From positions 78,306,001 to 78,370,000 of the forward strand of contig NC_042999.1 of the NCBI RefSeq assembly GCF_006345805.1: 64,000 bases of DNA, given 5' to 3'. The DNA is from Octopus sinensis (taxonomy: Eukaryota). How positions within the stretch are numbered: position 1 is the stretch's first letter; each line of letters starts with the position of its first letter. Below, in pieces: positions 51,044-64,000 of this stretch. The notes beneath the pieces were generated by a model, which ran no database searches, was not told where the DNA came from, and saw only the letters and a program-made list of their open reading frames with translations. Both the position numbers and the translations under genes were made by a program.

Positions 51044-54000
51044 CTGAAAAAGATAAAAACATTGGTAAATCTCTATAAGGAAAATAAAATTATTTCTCAT
51101 TTGTCAGTAAATTCCTGTCTGTTATATTAAATTATCTAATGATTGATTTGACAATCTATTTAATTATCCATTCATAAGTTCACATAAGTATCTGTCAATT
51201 TATCTATTACTGATAAAACTCTTTTTGTGTTGGTACTGAAACCTCCAATATATCTTGATTGGCATTAGGAAGGGCATCCAACTGCAGAGACCATGCCTAA
51301 AATGACACTGGAGTTTGATGGTCTTTGACAGCTTGTTGGATCCTGTCTAACTGTCCAACCCATGCCAGCATAGGAAACAGATGTTAAATGATGATATATA
51401 TGTGTGTGTAAATATACATTAGAAACTGCCCAGTGGAAGGATGCTTTGTGTTGGGCCTAATTTAGGTAAAGCTGTGATACTCGTAGAAAAAATATGGTTA
51501 TATAATGTAAACACATACCATCTTGTTGGTGAAAAAATAGCATGAGGTGATGGCAAAAGTTACTCAATTAAGTGGCACAGGGAAAAAGTGGTAACAGTGA
51601 AATGCAAGAGGGTTGGATACAGTCAGAATTATACAAGAGTAAAAAGAATGGGAACATTACTGCGTTACAGACATGACTGATATATGAAAGATTAAACTAA
51701 AGTCATTGTGATGAGGACTTCAAAATTATACATATATATATTTATTTTTTACTAATGACAGACGGACCAGCCAGACAGGGAAATCTCTTTCAAGGATTTA
51801 GGCAATTGGATCAATCCCAGTACTTTGTCATAATCATCATCATTTAAAATCTGCTTTCCATGTTGGCATGAGTTGGACAGTTTGACAAGAGCTGGTTATG
51901 TAGAAGTTTGCACCATGCTTCGCTGTTTGCTTTGGCATAATTTTTACAGCTGGATGCCCTTCCTAACGTCAGCCACTCTGCAAAGTGGACTGAAGGCTTT
52001 TTACATGGCACCAGCACATGTGAGGTCAGTTTCAGCATGGTTTTTACTGCTGGATGCCTTTCCAAATGCCAACCACTTTACAGTGTGGACTTGATGCTTT
52101 TTATGTGGCATTAGCACTGGCAGGGTTACCAAATAACTTACAAGACAAAAATCCTTTGAGAGGGGAGGTGGCATTGGAGGAAGTGATCTTGTGCCAGATG
52201 ATGAAAAGTTAGAATGTGACAGAGAGACAGAAACAGGTGTCTTCTTGTACTTATTTTATTGATTACATACGTAAAGGTGAAGTTGACCTGGACAATGTTT
52301 GAAGTCAAAATGTAAAGGGTTGATTATATCAAGCCTGGTAATCAACTGGTACTTATTTTATCAACTGCAGATGGATGAAAAGGTACAGGTGACTCAAAAG
52401 ATGAACTCTGGACATAAAAAGATATAACTAAATGCTACAAGGAATTTAGTCATTGGTCTACCAATAATGCCTTCCATTACCATAATAATGCTTTCATATT
52501 TTGGCACAAGGCCAACAAAAGTGTGCAATGTTTAAGCCTAACTGAAGGGTATTTGTGAAATGGCTGTTCAGCACTAAATTAGCATGAAATCAGCCTGATC
52601 AAGCATTTCAGCTATGATCACCCTATTATTTCATATTTCAGGAACTATATTAACTAAAATGTACTTCTTTTTTAGGACAATAAAGTGTAATTAGAGGAAA
52701 ATTTGGTTGCAATTTCAAGTGCATCAAGTGAACACATAGGTGTTCTTTTCTAGATTTGGGTATGTATATAAAATGTAAATGCAAGAGGGTTATTTTTTTA
52801 AGGAACAGTGTTTAATTCTGGTTACACAGCATTGAGTGAATGAGAAATAATATGCCCTTAGACACATCTCACATACACTAACTTCATATGCTGCAATTAA
52901 TATTTTCTGATGATCTCATTTTTATTCATGATAGAGGAACCAAAGCAACAAGAAATGAAATGCTTGGAGTGGATTTGAAATTCTCAGCCAAGAGTTAGTA
53001 ATCCAACATGTTATACATTTGTTCTTGTCCTAATTCATGTGTATATGTTTTATTAGCTATTAAAAAAAATCTACAAATTAAGTCTCATACTGAACTCTTT
53101 TAAAGAAGTTTACAAAGGAACATCTATGTACATTTAATATAAAATGTCATTGTAGAGAACTGTTGGTTTCTGAGCCAAATAATGTCCAATAGTCTTTAAA
53201 AATTGATTTGAGAGTGTTGTCCTAGATAGACTATGACTAAAATAAAAGTTGGAATGGCCAGAGTTAAAATACCTTTCAGTATAAGCCCACTTAATGAGGA
53301 ACAAAAACAATAAACCAACAATGGAGTTTCTACTTAATATCCTGCAAAATGGAATAAACGGGACAAAAGGAGACATGGAATATCCTGCTTCATATAACTA
53401 AATTTCTCTCAAACCACACAAACATTGGATGATGTAGTCCTAGATATACCATGCCTAGTAATGGTCAATGTTTAAAATTAGATAATTCTTGTAAACAGTA
53501 AATAAATGACACAGAATGGTGTAGTACATAATGGCAGCACAAAAAAATTGTTGAGTGTTCTACTGGTGTGTGACTGGTGTTTGCACAGAGAAGTAGTTTG
53601 GTTCCACTGGGCTCTTCTCTAAGAGGTTAGCACACCAACTGATGAATAACTCAGCTCAGTACTAACAGAATTGATTGCCTGATAACATTATATTGACTAA
53701 AGAAAAAAATGTACTGTAACCCATCAATCTCATGTTACTCAAATGAAAATTTTTATGAGGTACTTCAAAAGATGATGAAGGGATTTCAACTCAGCTCCAC
53801 AAGTTAATCAACAGATAAGCAATCACTTTCTTCTACTGTATCTCCTCATGGCACCTTTTTGTGTCCACATAGACTGGGTCACTGAGAGTTAGCTGAAGGG
53901 TCTTTGCCAGAGAGATTGTGTAAACTAGACAACAAGATACAGTTTCCTGAATATTCAGCTGGTAGGCCTTCTGAAATGTCTATCTCATGGTCTGCATGTA

Positions 54001-55162
54001 ACAGATACCCAGCTACAGTCAAGGCTGACTGAAGCATTCAACTACAGCTCTGCCTCCATTAATATAGACACACTCCAGAAAGGAGACACAAACATTGACA
54101 CACAAATGGAGTCGTGTACAGACAGTCACACATGACTTCATACATACTTGCATGTATATGCAAAAGCTACTTTTTGTTTTCTAGAATGATCAATATTACA
54201 TAGTTCAATGTATAGCAATGATGGCTGAACTAAGCTCTCTCATATACGTTTAACTGATCTGAGGTCTGATGTACTTCCTTGTTCCTGAGGCAGCTCAGAA
54301 CTGGTTCTTACATGAAACAAAGCAGTGAGCAAGCACAAACAGAAAACCAACAAGCAATCAATCAAATGAATCACTAATCAATACAAGCAACAAACTTATC
54401 AAGAATAGAGTTGCTGTCTTGTGGACTAAACTGTATCACAGTTATTATTTAGACTTATCCATCTCTCATATTCAATTCCTTCATTTGGTCTTTCATCAGA
54501 GTCTCAACAAACTAAGATAATGAGTTACACTGGAGATGATTTAATTTACTGTGTATATTTTCTTCTGATAATATTGGTCTTGTGACTAGTCATAGGGAAA
54601 TATGAGTTCTGAAGTGGCAGAAATGTAGAGCACTGGAGTAATGCAGTGAGTCATTTAGTTTATATTCATGTTCCAATCCTACTACAGCTGACTTGGCTTT
54701 CAATTTCCCTTAGGTTTAATAAAATAAGCATTAGTCATGTATTGGAGTCAATCAAATAGATTACACACCTTTCACATAATGTGTGGCCATGTGTAATAGT
54801 AGTAGTAGTGAGATTGAAGAATACCAAATGAAATATATTATAGTATTTAGTTTGTCCCTCCCAGTTCATAGTTTAAACATTACTGAGGTTGACTTTTTGC
54901 TTGCTTCATTCAAGGGACAATAAGTACCAGTAATATCCAGGAGTAAATTTGATCGAACATATTCCTATTAATGTGTGATTTTGTGTCAGTTTGAGAAATA
55001 AACAATTTTAATCTTATGGGTTGTTTTTCTAGTTTAGAGTCAGACAAACCCTGATTTACAAGAATTATGATCAAAGACATTTTGACTAAGAGTTCATGAT
55101 CTAATATGTATCTATTTAAAGCATACTGGAATGGTTTCACAGAGATTTGGTTCTGTTCCTAG

Positions 55163-55423
55163 CAGGGCTGTGAAGTTGAAACAAAAAACTTCAACTCCGA
55201 CTCCTCTACTATTGGCACCTCTGACTCCAACTCCTGTTTATGTAATTTAGTGACTGTGGTTTACATATCTTATAATGCATATGCTTGTACTCTGAGTAGG
55301 CCTATATGTTATAACTGGTTTACATTAAAGAATAAAGATATTCTGAGTTGGAGTCAGTATAGTTTTACCAACCCTGATGCCATCTACCCCTTAATTGTTT
55401 CCGACTCCGACTACACAGCCCTG
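55163..55423. mobile_element. hAT-type MITE (261 bp)
   Basis: TIRs CAGGGCTGTG.../...CACAGCCCTG; 8 bp target-site duplication GTTCCTAG / GTTCCTAC (7/8). Confidence 0.85.
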
Positions 55424-55789
55424 GTTCCTACAGGCTTTCCTCACATTATTCTATTTAATAGAAGTTGTTAGAAATAGTAGACTACAAAACTAAATATACT
55501 AATCATTCTATCGGCTTCTGAGTTTAAATACTGACGGGGTTGAATATGCCTTATTCAGCAGTTTGATATAAAACAAGAATCATAATACCATAAGGGAGAT
55601 TTAATCAATTATATATCACCCCTAGAAATACTGGCAATGCGCCTAACAAAGAAATCAATATAAGCAATTATATATTTACATGACTAACTACTTTGACAAA
55701 AGCAGCTGTAACTTAAATATGTCTATCATAACTGATATAAAGATCAATAGAAGGGCAAGTTGAGACTAAGGGAAGGCATGACCGAGAGA

Positions 55790-56300
55790 AAGTAAGACCG
55801 ACACAAAGTGAGACCAAGAGCAGGTGAGACAGACACAAAGTGAGACCCAGAGAAGAGAGAAGACTGACACAAAATGAGACCAAAACTGGTGAGACTGACA
55901 CAAAGTGAGATCCTGAGAAGGTAAGACTGACATAAAGTGAGACCAAAACCAAGTGAAACTGACACAAAGTGAGACCCAGAGAAGATAAGACTGACATAAA
56001 GTGAGACCAAGAGCAGGTAAGTCTGACACAAAGTGAGATCCAGAGAAAGTAAGACCCAGAAAAGAGGAGACTGACATAAAGTGAGACCCAGAAACGAGGA
56101 GACTGACAAAAGGTGAGACCCAGAAAAGAGAAGACTGACATAAAGTCGGACCAAGAGCAGGTAAGTCTGACACAAAGTGAGACCCAGAACAGGTAAGACT
56201 GGCACAAAGTGAAACTCAGAGAAGATTAAATGAGACCAAGATAAAATGAAAGTAAGACTGAGATATTGTAAGACTAAGAGGAAACAAGACTGAAATAGAA
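55790..56300. repeat. Minisatellite array 1, ~32 bp unit x ~13 plus degenerate tail
   Basis: Consensus AGACTGACACAAAGTGAGACC + variable 10-13 nt (e.g. AAGAGCAGGTA, CAGAGAAGGTA). Confidence 0.92.
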
Positions 56301-59248
56301 ACCAGAAGTAGGTGAGGTTGACAGATGGAACATTTGAAGAAATATAAGTGAAAGAAAAAGAAAATGCAATGTAATCATGTATGAAAAAAAAAAGGAAGGT
56401 AATGTTTACTCCAAATGTTGCATAAAATCTTTAAAAAAAAAGTATTACACTACACAATTCCCATTCTCATCTATAGAAATAGTGAAATAATAATAGTGTA
56501 TGTGAAATTGTATCAATGAAAGATCTAAAATAGGTCACTATCACTATGTTAGTAACTTGACACTTCTGGTACTCAGAATAATAATAATTTATTTGCTACA
56601 AATCCAAAAATTATTCAAATACATTGGTAAAGACATATGTTTGGGTTATACTAATATATATAAATAAAAAACACATTGGACAAGACACAGATCAACTTTT
56701 TACAAGAAAGATGTTAAGCTAGATTATGGATAAACTCAGTACATTACTGTTTCTGAAGAAAGGAAAGATAAAGCTAACCTTAATAATAAAATACCCAAAA
56801 AACAAATTGGAAAAGAACAGCAAAACAAGCTGAGCAGTAGAAAGGCTACTAGCAAGTAGCTTAATAACCCAAACGGTTGATATACAAAATATACATATCA
56901 TAAATAAGTGGTTATTGATTTTTTTTTTAGACAGGTATTATGTGGAGGAAAGAGGTAATGAGATAATGAGAGGGATGAGGAAGAGAGCAGGATAAATTCT
57001 GTTAGTTTATTGCACTTAATAACACCATCAATAAGTATAAATGAGTACAAATAACATCAGCTAACAATGAGAAAAAACTGGAGAACTGGTGGAGGGTGTT
57101 TTTGTTGTTAAGCTACTGGTCAGTCCTGATTGAACAGATCTATGATGAACGGCCTTCCAACTATGAACATCCCATCCTTTTCCTATATGCAGGAATCTCA
57201 GGACCCAGGTATCTTGGGCAAGTGTTTTTTATAGCCCCAAGTCAACCGAAGCCTAGTGAATCTGGTAGATGAAAACTGAAAGAAGCCTGTCATGTGTGTG
57301 TGTGTTTGTCCTCCACCACTGCTTGGCAACCAGTGTAGGTTTGTTTATGTCTCTGTAATGCTTCAGTATGGCTGCAGTCCTATGACTAAAACAAGTATAA
57401 AAGAAATAAAAAAAAAAGATAATGTCAAGCAACACCATAGAAGTTCCCTTTAGAATTCAAATGAAGAATGGATTAAAATCTGATTTGATAAATGTAATGG
57501 TTAACATGGAAACAAAATTAGTTGAAGAATTCAATAGAAGTGAGCTTTTCTAGAACAGACTCATTCTAATGCGGAAGTGTATATTAGTTTAAACAGGTCA
57601 TGTAAATCTATCTGTGTGTTTATTATAGAAATGGGTGTGTATGAGTGATTGCGATTAGTTATGCTGCATGTGAAGATGTATGCACGTGTAAAGATGTGTG
57701 CAAGTGAGTGTAAATGGTTATGTTGTGTGTAAATTTGTGCCTGCCAGAATGAGTGACTGCAAATGAATGATGGCTAGTTAGAACTAATTTCAAATCCTTT
57801 CCTCTCAATTTGTGGCTTAGGTACCAAATAGAAAGCAATCATTGTGTAACAGGAAAAACAAAAAAAAAGCAAGTAAAATAAGCAAACACAAGAATTCATC
57901 CCAGACTGAGTGAGACAAGAGATTCCCTATGTGGTCACGTGACCAGCTAAAAATAACAGCTAAACTTCCCTCAAATATATCCTACTGTCTTGAAGTAACA
58001 AGGTATACACTGGATAATGTACTCCAAGATATACAATGTTAAAGATAAGGACTTGGTGATCATTGCTGGAATATCTTTGATCACAGATCTGCTCAGTAGG
58101 TTGGCCTAGGTCTAAACAACAACTCTCGACTGAATACTGAAATAGATCCATTATAATACTAACTACAGAGTCAGAGGTTAACAGCATACTAGACACTATC
58201 AATGTCAGAGTACATAGCTGTGCTTGCTTGCAGTTTGTCTGAGAATGGCTGATGAAAAACAGGCCTCCTACTATACCTCTTTTGTGGTTAAGTGAAAAGT
58301 AGAAAAGATAATTACTCTGATAAAAACAATCCATCATACCAATAACATCATTAAATTATGGGTGTAAAAGTGAAGAATATATCCTCATTACTGTTTTACA
58401 TCCACTTTTCCATAGGCTGGAAAGGTTTTCTGAAGCAGTCTTTTATGGCTGGATGTCTTTCATGTTGCCAACCCTTTAGTATTTTGAATACTTTCTCAAG
58501 TGTAATGCTTATCTATTCATGTTGATTTAAATAACACATGCAGTATCTTGTAGCTTTGGAAGTTTGATGATGTTATTGTTTATCTTTAGTATGGCATTGT
58601 AGGATAAGTGTAAGAGGCTGGATCCAGTCAGTTTGAATATAAAACAGGTAGAATATTTAGGACTGGATATGGTTGGTGTAAATACTAAAGGGTTAGACCA
58701 CAATTTTGGATTGGATTAAATTGCCTATGTTTAGTCCACTGCAGGACAAAGGCCCCAGCCTGTTCTCTCCACCAACCATGGTCTGATGTGGAGGCTGTGA
58801 ATTTGAGCTTGAGATCATACTGGTTTGATGTGCCTACTCTGCCACACTGGCTTGACATGGCTCAGCAGAGGGGTGCAGTTTTTATACTCTTACCCAAAGT
58901 CACTGTACTTGCTTGTCAGGATACAGTGTAACTATTTTGAAATCAAGACATACAATAAAGATGGGAGAGTACATAAAATATTATGCACACATGCCATAAA
59001 CACGGCCACAGCCTTTGGATTGGAACACAAAGAATTACTGGAAATTCACGAACTCTTCATTTATTTTCCCTTCTATTTCTTCATCACTTCTTTTGCTCTG
59101 ATTCTTTTCTTGCACTCTCTCTTCCTGCCACACAATTGTGTAGAAAGAAAGGAACAATACAAGAAATAAGACAATCTTTCATCCTACTGGTAATAAGACA
59201 AAATCTTTAGTGCCAGTGCCATGATACAATGCTCTGAGAGCAAACTAT

Positions 59249-59526
59249 GAAGGTAAGACTGACACAAAATGAGACCAAAACCAGTGAGACTGACAAAGTG
59301 AGATGCAGAGAAGGTGAGACTGACACAAAGTCAGACCAAAACCAGGTGAAACTGACATATAGTGAGACCCAAAGAAGGTAAGACTGACACAAAGTGAGAC
59401 CCAGAGAAGGTAAGACTGACATAAAGTGAAACCCAGAGCAGGTAAGAGTGACATAAAGTGAGACCCAGAACAGGTAAGACTGACAAAGTGAGACCAAGAG
59501 CAGGTAAGTCTGGCATAGGTGGGACA
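59249..59526. repeat. Minisatellite array 2, same ~32 bp unit x ~8.5
   Basis: Same consensus and orientation as array 1. Confidence 0.92.
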
Positions 59527-60965
59527 ATACACACACACACACAGAAATTATGCCAAAAATGGAAAGCATGAATAAGACATGGTCTACAAACCATTTAGGA
59601 GGGCCATAAATTTGAATAAAAACTGACACAGTTCATTAGAATCCATATCCATCTGGAAAGGCAGATATAAAATGATGGGTGACTTTTAATGCAGCTTGCA
59701 GATCCATGTTGCATTAGTATGTCCCATTTTTGGGGGTATAGTTTCTGTAGCTGCATGCTTTCAGCCTTGATGGATCAAAATTCAGATATGTGACTAAAGA
59801 AAGTATTTGTGGAATTATCAAAATTCCAACCAGCTTTACATTATATTAAGAGCTTTGTCAGATTTGGTGTAATGAACTTTTCTGAATTGACAATGTATGA
59901 TCACTGTTTTCACATAATTTGGTAATGTTATCAATAAAATGGCTAAATGTCCACATTCTTATGTTTGCCAAACATATTTTACCCAAAATATCTTCAACAC
60001 AGCAAAGGCATATAAAAATTTTATTTTATAAAGGTATTTATCATTCATAATTACAAATTTCTATTATATAGATTACAGTTACTACAAGCCACCTGAAGAG
60101 CCTCTTTGTGGTCACTTGATTTGCTATCAATAGCAGCCAAATCTCCAAATCAATCTTAAAGTCTAAAAAAAAAAAATATACACTGGAGTGGTCAGTGGAA
60201 TGCCTTTGATTATAGATCTGTTTGAGTAGAACTGATATAGGAATAAACAACAAACTTCTTATCAATAATTAATTATCACTTTACAAAGCAATGACCAAAT
60301 TCCTCCATTCTCAAAGACATTATTTTAATATTCATTATGTCAGCACAAATAACAAAAAAACTACCAGAAAAGGAATTTACTATCCACTGTAAAAATGATT
60401 GGAAGTTGTGGCTGGCATGTATATGCATGTACAGTTGAGTATGTGTATATATGTGTGTGCTTCTGTGTGCATATATGTAAAAAAAAACCCAAAAAGAAAA
60501 CAAAACAACGGAGGACTGACAAGTCTCAGAAATTGGTAAGTTGGATGGCTGTAACTTGATATTTAATTTTGATCTTGCATTTCTCCTGTCCTGATACAAG
60601 CAGCAATTAACAAGAATAAGAAAAAGAGGGAAATCAATAAGTTCCATGTGATAAACATGCAATGTAAGCAAGCTGGTTAATTAACTTTTATTTTGAATTC
60701 TTTTTTACTGAGGATTTTGATAGGAATAAGAACATGATCAGCATTTGCTCTACCTAATGGTAAATAGAACATACGATTTAGCAAAGCTCCATAGTACATA
60801 TTATACATAGATGATAGGCTATGTAGCTAGAAAATGACTATATATACATAATACAGCCTGTTATAGAATGTGTAACTATAAAGATATAGTAGTAAATTTT
60901 AAACTCCATTTGTGTTATTCTTTTTATACTTATGCCACACCAAGAACCAATACTGAGTCAGATCT

Positions 60966-61026
60966 AGGTTTACAATATTGGGTTTGGTACCTATATATAT
61001 ATAGGTACCAAATCCAATATAAACCT
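60966..61026. repeat. Near-perfect short palindrome centred on (TA)n
   Basis: ATATTGGGTTTGGTACCTATATATATATAGGTACCAAATCCAATAT (60975-61020, one mismatch) plus outer AGGTTT/AAACCT. Confidence 0.9.
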
Positions 61027-62127
61027 GCAGTACACTACCAGCACGACACCTAATGGTTGCTTTTAACTCATACTGAACTCAATGTTATAGTACCAAGCCA
61101 GTTCTGGCATCCTACATGGTGGTGCATCTAGATTCTAATGAATCCTTAACTAATCTACAAAATCTTGCCACAACTAACTTTGCCTGTGCTAGTGCCATGT
61201 AAAAAGCATTGAGTCCACTCTGTGGAGTGGTTGGTGTTAGAAAGGGCCTCCAGCAGTAAAATCCTTGTCAAAACAGATACAGTATCCTTGGGAAGATTTT
61301 CTATCTGGCCGGCTCCTGTCAATCATCCTACCCATGCATGCATGGATGATGATGATGATCATTATTATTTAATGTCTGCCTTCCATTCTTGGATGGGTGG
61401 GACAATACACACACACATACACACACGTTTGTAAGGTGTGTGTGTGTGTGTGCATATAATAGCTAGTAGAGTGTGTAATATACCTGGATGTAATAATGTA
61501 ATTTAGCTAAGCTATAATGAGGTTTTTATATATATATATATAGCAATTTACAGAGGGAGATAGGCTGGAGGAGAAACATATAAACAGAGAGATAGTGAAA
61601 GAGAGTCGGCAGAGAGAAAGAAAGAAACTAGGCAAAGAGGTTGGGCGAAGGCACAAGCTTAACTCAGATGTGGTGTACTTTAGCTGACCTAGAAGTTCAG
61701 TTAATTACTTATAACATTTAAGAGATTAGGTACAAGTTCAGAACCAATCTGCAAATTAAATACTGTGTTTAAAAAATTATTGGAAATATTAAACATTCCC
61801 CATTTCGCACATACACAAATATGTTCATTTGTTCTATCATCTTTTTAGATGATATATATTTTATGTTAGCATGGGTTAGATGAATACATGTTATTAAAGC
61901 ATTACTTTATAGCTGAATGACCTTCCTATCATTAACCCCTACCTACTTATAAATAAGGGATTTTTCATTTCACTCACCCTTAAAAATACAGAGCAAGCAG
62001 AATATGTTTTGGCATTTCTCTGCCAACATCACCGTTTATAGCCTAACACAGCTTGTAAACATTTACACTGAAATATGCTCTCACTCTCACTCACACACAC
62101 ACGCACACACAAATAGACAGACAGAAC

Positions 62128-63410
62128 TAGACCAGGTCATGAAAGTTACAAAAAAGGGTTATAGCTCGACTAATTAAGAAAAGAGTTAGACTAGATGAGA
62201 TGCAATTTGGTTTTATGCCAGGCAGAAGCACTGTTGATGCTTTCTTTCTAGTGAGGCAATTGCAGGAGACATATTTAGCCAAAAATAAACTGCTGCACTT
62301 GGCTTTTTTTGACCTGGAGAGAGCCATCGACCAGGTCATTGTTTCTGGATCTGGTGGTTGCTGTTCAAGACATGTTTGGGGGTACTGTCACTAAAGTGAG
62401 AGTTAACAATGAATATAGGAACAAATTTCCTGTGCAGGAAGTTCACCAAGGCTTGGTTATCTGTCCCCTCCTATTTATCATAGTCCTCTAGGCTATAACA
62501 GAGGGGTTTAAGACCAGTTGCCTGACAGAAATCCTCTATGTTGATGACCTTGTTCTTATAGGTGAATCTGTGGTAGAACTAGGAGTGGAAGCAAAATCTG
62601 GAATCAAAAGGTCTCACAGTTAACTTAGCAAAGACCTAGATTTAGTAAGCAGTGAAGTGCTAATCGCTTCAAGAAAATGGCTGTTTGGTAAGTTGAAAGT
62701 GTAGACAGAAATTCCATACAATGTGCTCAGTGCAAACTAAGGACTCATATAAGAGGTGTTGAAGAATTGCAGGAAGATTAAGAGAAAGTGTAGACTTTGT
62801 TAGTGGCAGATGCACAAGAGCAGTAAATACTAAGAACTTGCAGGAAATAGATTTTCTCGAATGCCTAGGTGGTTTGCTCAAAGCTGTAGATAGCTTCTGT
62901 TATCTAAATGGCAGTTGAAGAAGATGTTCTGAGAGTATAATTGCTACAATAAGAACTGGCTAGAGAAAGTTCAGAGAGTTATTACCACTGTTGGTAACAA
63001 AAGGCCTGTCTCTCAGAGTAAAAAGTAGATTATATGACTCTTGTGTACAAACAGCAATGCTACATGGTTGTGAAATGTGGGCCATGAATGCAGAAGATAT
63101 ACGAAAATTAGAAATGAAGTGGGCATGCTCTACTTGATGTACAGCAACAATGTGCACATCGAACAAAGTGCAAATGTAGAGAGAAAAATTAGGAATATGA
63201 AGCATTAGATGTAGTGTACAAGAGAGAAGACTGCACTGATATGGTCATTTGATGTGTATGTATGAAGACAGCTGCATAAAGGTGTTGATTGCTAAATGTG
63301 AATGGAACTGGTGGAAAAGTGAGTACTAGGAAGGTGTGGGACAAAGTAGTGAAGACCAAGTTCAGGTTTGTGAGCCTCACAGAGAATGACAGATAATTCA
63401 CTGTGTTTGT
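62128..63410 (+). mobile_element. Decayed RTE-clade LINE reverse transcriptase fragment
   Basis: KRVIARLIKKRVRLDEMQFGFMPGRSTVDAFFLVRQLQETYLAKNKLLHLAFFDLERA, then vHQG..cPLLFIIVL and LYVDDL motifs with frameshifts and stops. Confidence 0.88.
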
Positions 63411-64000
63411 GAAAACCCATTCATCTCCTCCAATAATGAGGCCCTAAAAATATATCATTTATGTCTATGTGTCTTCCCTCAAGTCGTATACTACAACTTG
63501 TTCTTCTACTACTCTTCTAACAGTACTATTTTACTCAGCTGCTGTAACTATATGAGAGCAGAATATTCTATATTTCATTCACCTGTGTGGTACTGGTTAC
63601 AATGCTTTTTGGAACCACTTCTTTTGCTTATCACCCACCTTGTATTGCTAATAACATTCCATACTAATTTATTTTCCCAATGACTGTCCCTTTCCTCTGA
63701 ACACCATCTCATATCATCACTCTCATCTCATAAGCCTTGTTTGTCATTCACTATATCTACCACTATATACCTCTGATCTCTGTCTTGGATTCTGTACATC
63801 TGTCTCTCACCCCTATATTTCACAGCATCTCCCTACTTCTCACATATCTACAGTTTTACTATACTGCAGATTTCCATCCACCGTTTACATACTGCCGCTT
63901 ATCACTTCCTTCAAGAGCCACTCCTGTAATGCTAGAGACATTATTATTATTCATAATGCAGTAGAACTTTAGAAACTATAGAGCATTATATGAAATATAG

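Noticed and set aside
55713-56207. Three long overlapping minus-strand ORFs (135-164 aa), and similar ones at 59207-59629
   Set aside because: They are translations of the 32 bp minisatellite, which lacks stops on that strand. The unit length is not a multiple of 3 and all frames give the same shifting peptide.
55790-56300. CRISPR-like repeat/spacer appearance
   Set aside because: The 'spacers' are only 10-13 nt, related to each other and reused; there are no cas genes and the context is a eukaryotic intron.

Overview
AT-rich, microsatellite- and transposon-dense animal genomic DNA. The repeat families look like those of an octopod cephalopod (inference from recognised repeat motifs, not a database hit). 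Two intron-rich genes face each other. On the + strand are the last 8 coding exons of PSMD12/Rpn5 (1138-10284, 358 aa in the window; the N-terminus lies upstream). On the - strand are 11 coding exons of MAP2K4/MKK4 (51043 down to 26016, 355 aa; first exon not found). All splice junctions are GT-AG and the frames join without stops. Introns and the ~16 kb intergenic gap hold decayed Tc1, mariner-like, Tigger/pogo, Helitron, hAT, CR1 and RTE fragments plus many SINE-like repeats. The most unusual structures are: several long fold-back palindromes inside introns (one built from two copies of a transposase 3' end); degenerate minimal hammerhead-ribozyme motifs of the Penelope type; a near-perfect 1652 bp tandem duplication; two separate arrays of one 32 bp minisatellite; and an MKK4 activation loop reading SIAKS instead of SIAKT. 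No prokaryote-type system (CRISPR, operon) is present, and I found no clearly novel protein-coding system.
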